A stretch of 64,000 bases of DNA from Azolla caroliniana (GCA_043228905.1 JBHGNT010000048.1:62001-126000); one strand, 5' to 3'; counted from the stretch's first letter, positions 35,136 through 50,261 are shown. Made by a program: numbers and translations. Notes: generated by a model from the letters alone, not told the origin.

Positions 35136-38100
35136 TTAGGAAATAACACTTTCTCCGTTATTGTATTCTTTGCTTGTCCTGTCCTTTCTAGAGTATACGC
35201 TGCCAGTTATCTGAATATTAAGAATATCATCATCTGTCTCATCTTCACTCAATTGTGTTTCTATAGGAGGGAGACAACCATCCTGAAGAAATTTAAAGTC
35301 TTTAAGCTAGAGACATCAAAGAGAACAATTTGAAAGACTTTTTGATGCAAATTTGCAATGCTTGCCTGACCTTAGATGTGAATGTTTCCATCCGTTTTTC
35401 GCACCATTTTTCTATAAATTTCTCAATGGTTACTTGGAAACCTTGTTTGGCTCTTGCTAATGATTTGCGCCTTTTCTGAGATTGCTCTGCCGTAACTTTG
35501 GCATGGCAAATCACACAAAGTGTCCTCAGATTACGCAGATTGCATTCACCTGCATTGATTTCATCACCTTCTAAGAACCTCTTTTCTTGAGAGCGAAACA
35601 TAAATTGTGAAATAATAAACATGCATGAAAACCGAAATTACCTCCTCCCTGGAAGACTGCAACGATATGATCAGCATGCCATGCATTTCCCTCCTTTGGA
35701 TCAGACACCAACCTCTCCAGTCTGGAAATGGCACTTGTATTAAAATATTTCCATTGAATCCTTTACATCTTCCTAAATATACACAATGACACTCAAAACA
35801 TTACAAATGCTTACAAACGAGTATAAGTGTTGAACTCCGGAGCTTTTTGCAAGACGTATTCTCTCCGCTTTTCCCGAGGCAAAGGGCGAATCTTCTTTAT
35901 CAAGGTGTGACAATCTAGCTTACAGATGGTGCAGACTCCTTTTTCCAACACAAACAATTCCTACATAGGGGATGCCATTAGTTTTTGCTTTAAAATGCAT
36001 TTTGTAGAGATGAAAAGTATTGTTGCAGATTCTACTGAAATAAGTTACAGTGCAGATTCCACACCTGCCGGAGATATGCTTGGCTGGTTTTTAGACGGTA
36101 ATTTTGATAGCATTCCTTATCACAAAAGAAATCTTCGAAATATTCTGGTGCCTTTGAACACGTTAACCTGGACAAAGATAATGCTGAGACTAGATAAGAT
36201 AATTAATACACATTAAACATCATACATGCCATCAAATCAGTGCCTTATGGTATGGAGCCATCTATTGCTGGATATTTCTGGATATTGGTTTTTAGGATAC
36301 ATGATATTGCAAGGCCCCTTGACGGAAGAACTTTATGTCTTCAGATGGTCAAGAACCTTACACATGATGTTATGTTTTCTTGACAAGTATTACATACATT
36401 CATCACAAGTTGATGGTATCCTAAGAGTTAGTTTACTTACAAACATGGATTAAAGCAGAGTTTACAAAGAGGTTCTTTGGTAGCACTCCAGGCTTGTTTT
36501 ATTTGTCTTTCTTTTAAGGAATGCTGACGCAATGTCACCTCTTTCCAAGTTGCACCCTCAGGAAGATTAGCATCTATTTCACTGACAGGTACAACGCGGC
36601 GTTTTGAACCTCCCTTCACTAAGCCCTGTATATACGTTTAGTTAGGAATCAGGATATTGTTCCTATAGTACAGAATGGCAGGGATTTTTCCAAAGCACCA
36701 TAATCTATGTACTTATTTATTACTTACTCCCTTAAGATAAGGACCTTCGGCCTTAATACACTCCAACTCTAGTGCCAGAGGTATTTGCAAAGGCCTTCCA
36801 AGCAAGCAATTCCTATCGACTGGCCGAAGAGCATTCCACTCTTGGGTGAACAATACTGATAAATTGAAGTTCTCCAAATTCTCCTTCAGACAGATCGGAA
36901 GGTTAATGCAGTGCTTTATGCTGGACAATCCTTTCGCAGTCTCTAGATGTTCAGGAAGGAAATTATCCTCCAATGGAGTAGGTCTGTATCCATCTGACAT
37001 TGATCTTATATATAGATGGATTCTCCCTGTATTTGCACTAACCTGGAAACAAGAAACAATTACAATTTTGTTATGCACTTTAACTAAAGATAATTTCCAA
37101 TCTATTAAATCAAGATTTACCTCAAACATAAGAGGATCAGGAGATATGCTAGATTTTGTGTCTTCTGGAACTAGTGTACTAGCCACTTTGTTTGCACAGG
37201 GTTCGAGTATTGCAGTATTATCACAGTGTTCATTGATACTCTGTTCGTTTTCACAGTTTATCACAACCCTTGGTTCTAGCAATTTAAATGTTCCTGGTGA
37301 AATCAAACTTTCTGAGATGCCCATTATCCTTCTGTTCTCTTGGTTCAGCTTGTTCAAACCTATCTCTTCTTTGTGATTATCTCTTGATGGGCCATCCAAA
37401 ACAGCATCAACCTGCATAATTGGTAACCATTCTGAATCAAAGATACAAAAGACTAGCAAACTATTGATTTGTTTGGCGTCTCTCTCTGTTTCCGAATACA
37501 CGCAGTTGCTGGAGAATACTAGGAACAAGAGTAAAAAAAGAATGTTTCTCAATCACAGATGTATAACTAGTCTACGTCAGACGAGATGGATACTTGGTTT
37601 CACCTTCTCTTTCTTTCACTTGAAAAATTGGAATAGAAACAACGGAAGTTTATGAATATATTTTATCAATGCAGGAAAGTTATTTTTGAGGGAGCTTGAG
37701 ATTCGGAGAGAGTGAGAACCCACACTGGATATTTGTAACTGAATATACTAGTATTTAAAGCATAATGTAATAAACTAGAGTACTTAATAATGATCACGCA
37801 CCTTGATTTCAGCGACGGCATTCTCTGAACCGTTGGTCATGGTAGAGATTCTCTCCATGCTTTTGCTTAAGCTTTGCCATTGCATCTCATCTGTTGTATC
37901 CTGGGTGATACTAACGGGATCTTTAAGGATTAAAGAACCACAATATACAATATATATTACTTTTACTAGTATGTAATGAAAGGATTACCTTGGCACAAAA
38001 GAAGTAGATATTGACTGCATTCCTCTGGCCATATCTATGAGCTCTGTCCTCTGCCTGAAATGATAGATGATTGAAGATTAAAATGAGAAAATTGTTCAAA

Positions 38101-41100
38101 CAACAAAGTTCTGACATGGCATTCCAACATTTTAAGATTTTGTTCATCTATGTTTTAGAATACTACACCAAATCTAAATGTTCATTTATGCAGTCCAGAC
38201 ACCTAAAATGGTCGGATTGATCATATAAAGTTATAACCCTTTTCCAATGCCATAATAGGATTTCCTTCAATGCCTCATTTAATTGATAGTATCATGCCAT
38301 TAGTTTGTCCTAGTATAATCTCATCTATATAAACGTACAAGCATCTCTTAGGCCTTTGAGTAGAGTATTTCTATTCCATTTGTAAGTATCCTACTACCTT
38401 TGGATATCTGGCAGTCAATTTCTTCAATACTCGTAGTATTTGTATTTGGTGCGTCTGCCCATTACGTTAATGACAGCTAACATAGGTAGTATCATGAACA
38501 AGTTTTGTGCAAAGGTTCAAAATTATAACCAGAATTTAGCATTGCGGGACAACAAATCCTGAGCCACTATTCACATGGAAACTGTCTTCATCTTACTCAG
38601 GCTTAACATATTCATGAGGAAACTGTCTTCATCATCCACAAATGAAGCCCTATTGTGGCCAACTGTCTACTTTACGTAAATCTGACATGTGCCATGAAGT
38701 CTAGGCCACAGATATTTAGAAACCTCAAAATTCTATTTAGTTTGTATCGTGGTACTATGATCTCCACCTGGACGAAGATAGAATACAGATACAATATAAT
38801 ATTACACCAATGCTTTGGCATGTGACTCAGCATTTGCGAAATAACAATGAGCAGATGCACAGAAGGATCGTAAATAGTTATGAAATTTCGTATAGCTCTT
38901 ATCTCACAATATTACGAATTTGGATTGAAACAGCAATCACTCATTATCACCTGTAGTAGGTCAGATGTTGATTTTGGAAGCTCTGCAAAGACCACAGATT
39001 GGGCAGATGAGAAATTAAGTCCTACACCCCCAGCAGTTAATCCTATGATCGCAATCCTCACCTGCAAAATATATACTTAAGATGAGAACTCTGAAGCAAT
39101 GAAATATAAATTGCACAGAAAACTTTACACATGTTAGATATGATAGTGAAATAATAAGTGCAACCAAAAGGAATACCTCGTCTTTGGCTTGAAAAGCATC
39201 CACAGCCTTTTGTCGATCACTTGCAATAGTAGATCCATCAATTCGCACATACTCTAGACCCTTACCATGCACCATTTCCTTTTCCCCAAACCAGGAAGAC
39301 AATGATTAGGACATGGGTAACCATTTAAGATGAATAAAAACATAAAGAAGGTAAGCAAAAAAAACTAAAGAAATTTGCTTACTTGAATGGAATCCAACAC
39401 CTTGATATGATGAGCAAAAATGATCATTTTTGGCACGTCTTGTCCCAAAAGCCTGTTGTCGGGGTTAGATAGCAGGGGATGATTTGATAGCCATTCTCGC
39501 ACACCTCTTAACTTGGCAAGGCCAATCTCTTGATACGATAAGGTTAAAGGTGCACGATAACTTTTAGATTCCCCTGAATGAACACAAAGAGGGAATTACA
39601 AACATGTAAAATCCTGGTTAGTTTTTTACGCTAAAAGCTGGTTTTTCAAAACTAGGCTCCTAAATCTCAGGAAATTAGATTTGAACTATTCAATAGAGGG
39701 GCTATCTAGCTGATGTAAGCCACTTGATGAGCAACATTTTTTCACCAGTAGCAACGTTTTAGGTGAGTTTCTACATCATGATGTAAAAGTTGGAGTAGGT
39801 TTCTTGCTATGTTGCTAATCCATCTTAGTTATGTACATTATCTGCAAATTCTTACTCACACACAACTAGCAAAAAACGTTCAATTCTGTTTCTAAAGATC
39901 AATCCCTCGACGACATGAACTGGAGTCACTTTAAGCATGTCTATAATATGTTTGTTCCTTCTTAAACATCTTCTGAAGTTCTGCATTGCATTCAAATTTC
40001 ATTAGGCTTCAAGGTAGCTGCAAAACCTTCTAATATTCTGTCTAACTCTTGGTGATCATAGATGTTATCGTTCAGATCACCATCACAATATCTAACTTCA
40101 AATTCTAATATAATCACACACTACAAATAGCCTAATGCATACAAGCATGCAACATACTTTTTATAGAGCAAGGAGAGGCCGTTACATCAGTCATAAAGCC
40201 ATCCGCTTTTGGACAGAGATTTCCCCTCGAATCCCTCCATCAGTTATTATTATTATTCTCTATTCGTGTGGCCTTGAAGTCCCTATCGAATCACTCCTAC
40301 CTAGTATTTGTCAACACTTAACTAACACTAACTTAATTACACGTGATTGTACAAATGACATATTTTGGGTGCATCAATGCACCTCCCCGTTCACGCACAT
40401 CTGGCCCCCTTTTCTCCTTGTAGCCGGAATTTCCCATGACAACGTATCACTATGCTAATTTACAAAAATACTTAAGAGCCATTTAATCCTCGACTTTTCT
40501 TTTAAAAACATAAATGTACCATACCCTGATCATCCATGCTATTAGTTGTACTACCATTCACATCATCACCGATATCTTCGCCATCACAATCACAACATCC
40601 TTTGAAAGAAAAACCACAACCACATGGCTGTAGTTCACCTTCTTCTGAATCACGCTTTACAATGTGTGATTTTGCTTCCATTATATCAGCTGCCTCCAAT
40701 GTCAATCTGATAACTTGTCTTCTCTTAGGAGGAAGTTGTGTGAGCACATCATCTTTCAATCTTCTTATCTGATATAAAAGAATGAAATCAATTAACTTTT
40801 AAAAAAGACCAGTCTACATGTTATTCATTAAAACAAATTCCTCAAAAGAGCTATCATAGTATGTGCTTGCCGACATACTTGCAACCTGATACCATTTCTG
40901 TGGGCCTCTTGTTAATTTGATATGAAGATTGACACAAAATTTTGATACATTTGCTATAAAACTTGGATGGTATTTACTGGTTACAGGCTCTAGATAGCAG
41001 TCTACAACCTAATTAAGACCAATTATCTATAGCTTGGGATTGGAAAAATAAATGTTGAGGACAAAGTACCATGACTGTCTCTTTAAGCAATATGTTCAAT

Positions 41101-44100
41101 TCATGTAAACGCTTTCCTTTAGAAAAGTCCTGCAAACAATGAAAAAAAAAGTAGTTGTAATTTAGATTGCTCCTATAAAATAAAGTTCATGACATGGAGC
41201 TCATTCTGTAGAGATTAAGAAGTGCTATAAATCACAATACATAACCAACAACGAATAATTGGCACAAAATACCAAAATTTAAAAGTTTCTTGGCCCAACT
41301 TCTAATAGTGAAACAAAGTAACAAAAAACTTCATGCGCTATCATCTTTCATTGTTCAAGAGTGTATTCATTAAGAAATATAATTCCTCTCCAACATCCAT
41401 ATTTAACATACCATTAACTTCTAAATCCGAACCGGCTTTGCCCCAGTTACTTTCCTTAACATTCACCATGACAAAGATCAAACAATCCTACATGGCATTG
41501 CCTTGTTTGTCATATTCCAGCAACAATTTCCTCAGCGATAAATCCTATCACCTTTCCACGGCGCGCATTTATCTCCACCAAACATTTTCTACATCTAATA
41601 CTTAACTAATTCTTCCGCCTACCCTTTGTTGTTATAAAAAGGTGCACTTGAGTCTTGTACACATGGACATTTCAGGATACCAAAGGGAAATTTGTCACAG
41701 TATGTGAGTTTATACGCTGCTTGAGTTTATGGCAATTGTAATATTTTGTACTTGAAGTGTGATCTTGAATATGATCTTCGTAAGACATATATGAATGAGA
41801 AAGAAAAAAGAAAGAAAGATATATTAACGTCTTTTAAGAGGCCAAAATGGCCTATAAGACCAAATAAGAGATTACATCTTAAGTGTTGTCTCATCTTTGA
41901 GAACAAATCAAAAGAAAATAAATATTACACAGTAAATATAAAAGTAAATAACATGAAAAGAAAAGAAATGAGGGAATCTGGTTTTTGGCACATGTGAGAT
42001 CCTCAAGTTAGGTATATTGTAGCTTTTGTCTTCGAAAGATCTCTAGCATAGGTCAATCCAAAATGGAAATGTCTCCGAAGCAAGGGAAGCACCTACGATG
42101 ACAGGAGATAATGGCTTTTATCTGTCGATGACAAGGGTGTCAAGGTCGTGGTCCATGGGGCCGAGGCCTACGTGAACGACAAATTGTCATTGCCCGATCA
42201 ATTGTAACCCCTTTGTTATGTCCTGGTCTGAAGCCCATTTGTGTATCCCGGGGTTGACTTCTAGCATTAGGAGTGATGGGGCTAAAGAAAGTTATGATTG
42301 TTCTTTGTGGATGAGCTTGTATGGTTGTATTCTTCAATAACTTTTCCCGATGTCTCTTGAGCTCTAGCCAGAAAAGTCCTAGGCATCGTTGGTCCTCATA
42401 TTCCATTACCTTGCGTAGTGGGCCAAAGCCTTGTTTAAAGAGGCAATGGTATCTCCCTCTGATTTCATAAAAGACACTACAATGACAAACATAGTGTTCT
42501 TCAGATTCCACTCCTTGATGACACAATTGGCAAATTCTCTCTTCTAGAGGTAGTCGTGTATATCTGCCTACCTCTATCTGTAGCCAATGTGATGAAGTTT
42601 GCAGCTGCCCCATCACACTGCGCAGCGCATAGGATAGATGTATGTCCATATAAAGTGGTCTGATGACAAATCCATCCTCCGATGTATGTAAGAAGTGTGT
42701 CTTATAGTGGGCCATCTTTGTACCAAGTGGTATTTTGGGGCTGATCCATGTTATCTTGTTTTCCAAGTTAATAATATCAATTCGGATCACTCTATTCTTT
42801 TCCACTTTGGTCATATTTAGATGGGGACAGTCCAAGCTATATCGGAACGGTGGTAGGGCATTTATACTCATGTCATGTGACTCGAACCATTGCTGCATTT
42901 CAGCATACCAACAATGAGTGTCTCCATTTTCAGCCAGTTGTTTTGATGACATAAGTGCCAACCTTGGGTACCTTCGTTTAGGGAGCGAGAGAAATGGTGA
43001 GTTAGTGTTTACTCATTTTGGTCTCAGCATTAGTGTTGAGTCTCTTCATTAGATTTAATCCTCTTGCATTGGTTCTTAATCCCTCTTATTTTTACCACAA
43101 TGATATTTCCTCTTGCTTATACCATTCTTGTTCCTCTTGCTTGAGAAAATCAGTGAATTAGTGTTTACTCATTTTGGTCTCAGCATTATAGGTAAATCTC
43201 TCCATTAGATTTAATTCCTATTATTTTTAGCGACATGATTTTCCTCTTGTTTCTACCACTATGATCTTAATACAAAGTATATGAAGCAGAAAATTGGCGA
43301 GTAAATGAGCTAGTGTTTACTCTCTTAACTAAGATCTTCCTTCTTTTAGCCTCAGCATTAGTGTTGAAGTCTCTTCATTAGATATAATCCTCTTAAATTA
43401 GTGCTTAATCCCTTAATCATCCATATTTCCATGCATTAAACATCCACGCTTGGCATTTCTATTATTATACTTCCCACTTACTTATGTACACATTTCAATG
43501 TTCACCCACTCCCACAAATCAAAGAAATAAACTTGCCAATATTAAAGATCATGTACTTCATCGTGAAACTACACCTTTGGTCTTTTCTCCCAACATAGTT
43601 TCAGACAGCAAGAATGAAATGTTTTGTGTGAATGTCAGATAGCATGTAAAACTAATTCATAGATAATTCAGATTCGTTGTCAAATCAAATATGATTCACA
43701 GTAATTTTCCTGATCAAAATAGTTTCAATCTAAAAGAAAAAAGAGGTTTAGCAACAAAAGATATGTGATCATCAGTTATTACTTAATATAGATGTTAAAT
43801 AACAGATAAAATGACTGACTAGACCTTTGAGATGTATACGGTTGACATTATTTCTTCATAATTATCAATACACACATTTACCTTAGTCCAAATAGGCTGA
43901 CTTTCTGCTGATGATTGTGTAAAACAATAATTTTGAGCAAAGTCATACTTGCTTCTTCCAAGTAAACAAGGACTACATGAAGCAACAACTTTTAGAATCA
44001 GTGTCTACATCCCCTCAAAAGGTACACACACAGTAATTCGAAATGTTACCTTAGCATATTGACTTGGTGGAAAATATCATAAGGCCTGCAAGTGTAAATA

Positions 44101-47100
44101 AATGTGTATCAGCTATGTTTTATCTTTCAATCATACTGAGCCATTTCTTTCTAGTGAATTATAAACACATACCTAGACAACGATGGAGTGCCTGAGAGTA
44201 GCACAATGCGCCTTATGTTTTGAGCAATATCCAAAATTGTTGTCGTCTACATGTCAAATTTCCCAGGTTAAACTATAACTAGATAGTAAAGCTAAACTTG
44301 TTTTCCTTATCATCCACTATCAAATAGAATTTTCTTCACTATGATTGTATTCATGTACTGAGATTATTGTGTCTTTTTTACTATAGAATCCATTGTCTCT
44401 TATGATGCAACTATTTATCATAGTACTTTGGAGGGTAAATTTTTTAATGCCATTGATATTCCCTCTTTGTAAGTGATTGAAATAGTAAATTGTATACCAT
44501 AAGAAACACGCCGAACATTCTATTAGTAAAGGAGGTGTTCTCTCTAGAAATGAAGTGTGTAAGGATATACATGCATGTACGGTATGTAAATACATTTATT
44601 ATATCCATGTATACTTTATTATATCCATGTATACAAACTTCAAACTGTATAGGAGAAACTCGAGCAGAGGATAAGTGGCAGCACTATTACTTGTCAAAAA
44701 TGAGTGGCTCTTCTGTAAATAGGTCACAGAAATGGCTATTTTAAGCCTACAAATGCGAATGCTTGTCTTTTAGAAAATTACGAACCTCCACCTCAATCCA
44801 AGAAAATCTGTTTATGGCATCTCATTTCATCAAAAGTTTCCTATTATTGTTTCCAAGTTCCTCTTCCATCTAACAATTGATAAACTTCCAAGTTCTTACT
44901 CTGAAAATGACAATGTGAAATTTGATTTTGAGCTACATATGTTCCAATGATCCTAGGACAATCTAAAAATAAAGTAGTCTTGAAAAAGTGGCATCAGTAT
45001 AATTGAGCAATTTAGGAAACCCATAGTACCATACTAGAACAGAATTTGAAACTCGATTCCTTCAAACTAATTGAAAGTAATTCTCAACATAAAGACTCTA
45101 CACACGCCACATCTATACTTGAATTAAAAATAGAAATATTTTGTGTGAAATTGGAGAATATAAATGAATAAACTATTTAACACAGATAAATACCTCCTCA
45201 CATTCAACTTTGTTTCTTGTACATCGTAAATTGTGTGACTCGTCTACTATCAGCATTGCCCACTTACGCTTCATCATGTTTTTTTTCAATCTTTTCAGCA
45301 TTGTGTAGGATATAACCACAACTTTAGGAGTCTTCACATTATCAGCCAGATTGTTTTTGTGGCCAAACACTACAACGCCAAACATTTAAGAAGATAAATT
45401 CCAATATGAATGTAGAAATATAACTGCTCAATTTATGTTTTGCTAAAATCATTACCAAGATGGATGTCAATAGGCAACCAAAATGGAAGCCACCTCTCAA
45501 GCTCCTCAGCCCACATCAATCGTAGGCTAGCTGGGCACGTGATAAGTATAGAGCCTTCTTTTGCATAGCATGCAGCTAATGCTATTGCCTAAAGTGGACA
45601 AGATAATATTAGCTACCAATTATCGAACCCATACAAGATGTAATTGCTTGCTTAATATTTCCCACAGGAAATGAATGGTTTATATTAGAAAACAATTCTC
45701 TATAAGAAAGTATTCAGCAAGAAGAAATAGTTGGAATAATAAATGTGGCTCATTGCACCATTTTATTCCATAGCAGGGACAGGGTAAAAAGTTATTGCTT
45801 TCCTAGATAACAATCTGTGTTTCTAGTTGTACAGATATAATTTCTTCTTCTAATTATTTCTTATGAGGATGATACACCTTGTTGTACATGTGTACATTCG
45901 TCTCATTCACATGTGTGTGGAGACAATTAACTAGTAATGCAAATTAATGAAATCTTATAAAATGATATTCTGGAATGTAAACTTCAAACCTGAATTGTTT
46001 TTCCAACACCCATTTCATCAGCTATGAGGCATCGTCCACCCCTTCTCAACCCATATTTTACACCTTCCACCTGGAATGGCAGCAATATTGACCTCAATTT
46101 GGAAGGTATCTGTTGCATCAGCTCATCCACAACTGTGTCTGATACATGGATTGGCATGAAAGGGATCCATTGTTGATGAGAGTAATTTACTCGTGTCATT
46201 TTTTGCATGATTGACAGGGTACTTTGTGGCAATTGATTCAAAACAACACCAGGTATGTCCTTTACAATGTTAAGTACAGAATTGTAATCTTTTATATGAT
46301 ATGTGGCACAGTTCTCCGTGCTCTCTTCAGCTATGGGACTTAGCTGTTGATACAAATGCCTTGTGTGAGTACAAAAACTTAGCTTGGAAAGTATGTCGTA
46401 TGGGAAAACAAGGTATGGACTAAATTCCTTCATATATTGTGAAAACATAACTTGGAATGTATGGTGTAAGAGAAGACAATGTATTCCATATTGAGATAAA
46501 AAACAATATGAAAGGAAGGAAAAACTACCATTTGCAAAGTATGCAGTTTGCAAAAAACAAGAAATTGGTAGTTTTCCTGACTTCTTGAGAAAAATATAAA
46601 TGTTCAAAGGAGTGATTTGGAAAGTATACAGTACTGGGAAACAAACAATTTGGGTAGATTTCCCTGCTTATTGAGAAAATTTTCAATGCCAAGAGTAACA
46701 ATTTTCTAAAGAATGAGAAACCATAACTTGGAAAGTATGTTGTATGTGAAAACGAGAAATTTTCCAATGAATTGAGAAAATTAACAATGTCAAAAGGAAT
46801 GAGCAAATTATCAATGCTAAAGTATCAGACAAACATATCTTGGAATGCATGTAGTACGAGACAACAAAATGACTAAAAAAATTATTCTCAAAATTATGTA
46901 TATGAGAAAACTGGACATTAGTTAGGTGAAAAAGAGTAAGAAAATATGGCGTACTTTGGAAAGATCTGATCCAAGAAAACGTATTTTGTCAGATTTTCTC
47001 ACTCACCAAGTTGAAAAGCCAACCGAAGAAATCTTTCGAAGCATCGAAGTCTTGAATCTGAACAATGACCCGATCCCAACCTGAAAGCTCAATAGATATT

Positions 47101-47528
47101 TCGATCTTTTTCGGTGCAATTTTCACACATTTAGATATAATTGGACCTGAAACAATATTCCGAACAGCTTCTTGTTCGCCAACGAAGGAATCATTCAATC
47201 TTGTTTGAATCTTTTTATACGAAGGATATCTCTTCCCTGCTTCTGTTATGTAATCTTTATGCGATAAAGGCATATTAGCGGGAAATAAAGGATGGGAATT
47301 TTCTATATTACTCCGTTTCACATTACTTTCTTCAAGAAACCGTTTGTGGGCGATTTTTATATGAGGTTGTTGCCCCATATAGGAAGGTTTCTGTGGAATA
47401 TCCGTTGACAGATGATTTTCAGAGATCTTATTTATGGCTGAATTCTGTAAATTCGTTTTAGTGTTGAGACGAGCAAGAGCTGCTGCTTTGTTTTCTTCCA
47501 TTCTCTTGCGCTGAGCTTTAGAAATCAT
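35136..47528 (-). CDS. ZRANB3: SNF2-family annealing helicase/endonuclease with HNH domain (ZRANB3/CHR14-like), ~22 exons
   Basis: exons include 47007-47528, 45990-46343 (LLPFQVEGV..ADEMGVGKTIQ), 45456-45588, 45194-45369 (VDESH), 44173-44246 (LLSGTP), 44050-44085, 43882-43972, 41070-41129, ~40523-40768, ~39383-39572 (FAHH), 39177-39278 (VRIDG), ~38951-39061, ~37989-38054 (QAEDRAHRYGQ), later exons with CKLC and WHADHI..GGG-EC..NLRTLCV.CH (HNH), last exon 35136-35282. Confidence 0.92.
41800..42985 (-). mobile_element. RTEX-like LINE family C, 5'-truncated, in a ZRANB3 intron
   Basis: ORF 42140-42961 with QTSSHWLQIEVGRY..EERICQLC..ESEEHYVCHC..Y..IR; 3' hairpin 41829-41860 and (TTTC)n tail. Confidence 0.9.
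42999..43410. repeat. ~155-bp diverged tandem repeat, 3 copies
   Basis: TAGTGTTTACTC...CTCAGCATTA...CATTAGAT recurs at ~43003, 43159 and 43311. Confidence 0.75.
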
Positions 47529-47552
47529 CGCGCTTTTTGAATGAAGAGTGAA

Positions 47553-47561
47553 AAACCCTAA
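47553..47561 (+). promoter_or_regulatory. telo-box just upstream of the ZRANB3-like start codon
   Basis: AAACCCTAA about 25 bp from the ATG, adjacent to TTTCCCG (E2F-like, imperfect). Confidence 0.45.
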
Positions 47562-47989
47562 TTTCCCGAAATGGGTTGGATTTAACCTTAAGAGCTGAAT
47601 TGGTTTGGATTAACCCTGATAGTTTTAATGGATTTGAGTAACCCTACTTTTCTAAAACTAGACTGGACTAGCCTTAAGCCCTGGGGTGGGTTTAGATTAA
47701 CCATAAATTCTGACCCGTTAGAATGCACCCTAATTTTTGAAGATGGATTGGATTAAGCAGGTTCTGCAATCCTCGGGGAGAACTTGGGATTGAGCGAGTC
47801 GATAGAGAAGAGATATATGACCGTTGAGGCGAAAGCGTCTCAGAAGAAAAGAAAGGAAAAAAGATCAAAAAAAAAGAGAAGAAATTGTTTCTTTCTTTTA
47901 ATGGATCCCCAATTGGCAATCATATAAGCTCCAAAGTCCAAACCATAACTCTCCAAATCAAATGAATACCTTAGCTTTTAGCATCAATC

Positions 47990-50200
47990 CGGTTCAGGTA
48001 ATTGGGTTTCCGAATACCCCATATCTTTATAACTCTTTCTTTCCGAATCCGTTTTTGTCAATCAATGGGTGATAAGCATCGTTTGTTGAGATCATTGTCA
48101 ATCTCTTATTTCCAACGTATGTCCAATCAAGCTCTTGAAATCTCCCATCTAAATCGAGAATTGGCTCATATGAAGTTAGTAATTCTTGTAGCTTGTCCCC
48201 AAAAAAATGGGTATAATCTTTTGGAATACGAAATGTTGATCTTGACATTTGCAAGGCCATTAATCTTCTTTGTGACACCAACATAGCATCCTTGACTGTT
48301 AGCAAACCCAATCTAGCCATCCGATTAAATTAAAGGTTAAGAATTTGTTTCCGAGGTTAATTCATGTCTTCTCTATGAAGTATGCCACCATTTCTGTCCA
48401 AGGTTGCATACCCTCAAACATGAATGGAATGAAAATGAATCAATGAGCCACTATATGCTCATATAAATTCAATATTAATGCCCCACCAAGATGCTTCAAA
48501 GTGTAAACATGATCCCATGCTAACCACGACAAGACACTTTACCCTTTTCTTTTCCATAACATTTGCATTGAGTGTGACACCATGTGAGACCATAATCAAT
48601 TGGACCCCCTTAAGTCGTACATGAAAAGGCTAGAATTGAGACCTCCAATACATGAATTTATTCTCCAACCTTTTGGATACCCACTCAATAAGTTTCACAT
48701 GAGAAACTTCCACCCCAATTAGATATCAAGGTGACAAAAAATCATACCACGATGTACTATCCTTCCTGACCACCCCAACCCTAACACATCTTGTTCTGTA
48801 CATGAAATGAGGGCAAATTTATGCATATTAATTCTCAACCCTGAAGCATTTGAAAAACATTCCCACACATCTCTTGTCTTACTAATATTTTCCCGATTAG
48901 GTGCCAAAAACATGATATGGTCATTTGTGAGTGCTTGAACAATACATGGCTTCCTTGGATAGCAACCTATGTCCGAGAAATTCTTCCTCCATAGCCATAT
49001 TGTGTAACATAACAAGAGTATGACGTGTCACAATAGTGAATAGTATAGGACTGATTGGGCATCCTTGTCTAATTGAACTTTGAATAGAAATAGGTTGTGT
49101 TACTCCTCCATTAAACATCACATGTGAAACCGAACGCTTCTGTAATGTGTATACCAACTCAGACATACAATCACCAAAACCCATATGAGACATTAACTGA
49201 TTTATAAATGACCAATCCACATTGCCATAGGCTTTCGCGGTATACAATTGTAACAACACAAAATCTTGTTTAGACTCCTTTCCATAATCAATTGCCATAT
49301 ATTATATAAAATGTCTCTTTTTGCTAAGAACCCATATTGAGCATTATGAATAAGAGAACGTAAAACCTTATGTAATCTATTGGCCGTCACTTTTGCAAAA
49401 ATCTTGTACATTCCCCCCCATCAATGAAATAGGCCTTCACAGAACAAAGGAAGACAGAGAAAGAACCTTTGACAAAAGCTTGATCAAACGGTAAACCAAT
49501 CTTCAAAGAATGAGGCATTTCCCATGATGTTCACACCTTCTGAAATAAGACCACAAAAGGCCCCTTTAACTTAATTATATATTTCTTAAAGAGTTCATTT
49601 GTTAATCCATCCCACCTATGACTTATCATTAACAATATGTGACATGATGTGTTTTTCCACCTCATCCTCTGAAATATCAACATCTAATGATTGTGCCACA
49701 TCATGTAATACATGCTTTTCCACTACATTAAAAAATACATCTCTATCATTTTTAACATTATCATCGATACATACTTGTACATCCAACAATTGTGTATAAT
49801 ATTCTATGCATTTCTTCACAATTTTTTGAGGATTGAAACACATTATACCATTGTCCTCTAACCACACCACATTATGTCGTGCATGTGATTCATGAAGGTC
49901 ATGCAAAAACTTATGTGATTGGCAATTAACATCCTCTAGTTCTCATCTTAAACGATGTAGTCTAGCATGTTGATAATTTTTCGCCATAAGATCATGATCC
50001 TGCATCACAAAAATTAATACCTCTTGATATCTCATCAACGCTACATTTGTTGGCCAACAAATTAACAATGAGTTACATTTATCAAGCAAATTAACTAGGA
50101 GACTTAATCTTTCTCCCTCTAAAGGTATGGTGAATTCTATAATATCTAGTTATTTTCTGAACATTTGCAACAAATACTTCCCATGCTTCATACCCATCAA
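47990..50200 (-). mobile_element. degenerate L1-clade LINE reverse transcriptase fragment
   Basis: YKIFAKV.ANRL..L..LI...QYGF, KAY..VDWSF, IRQGCPISP.LF, SGLRIN..K, AWD.V..K..GG motifs across frameshifted ORFs. Confidence 0.88.
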
Positions 50201-50261
50201 ATTGAACACGATAGGCAAATACATCAATCATTGGCACATATAGGCATTAATCAATCAATAT

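Noticed and set aside
30760-47528. Functional cluster of ERI2 and ZRANB3 (convergent nucleic-acid enzymes)
   Set aside because: Adjacency alone is not evidence of a system in a plant genome; stop codons are ~2 kb apart with no visible overlap
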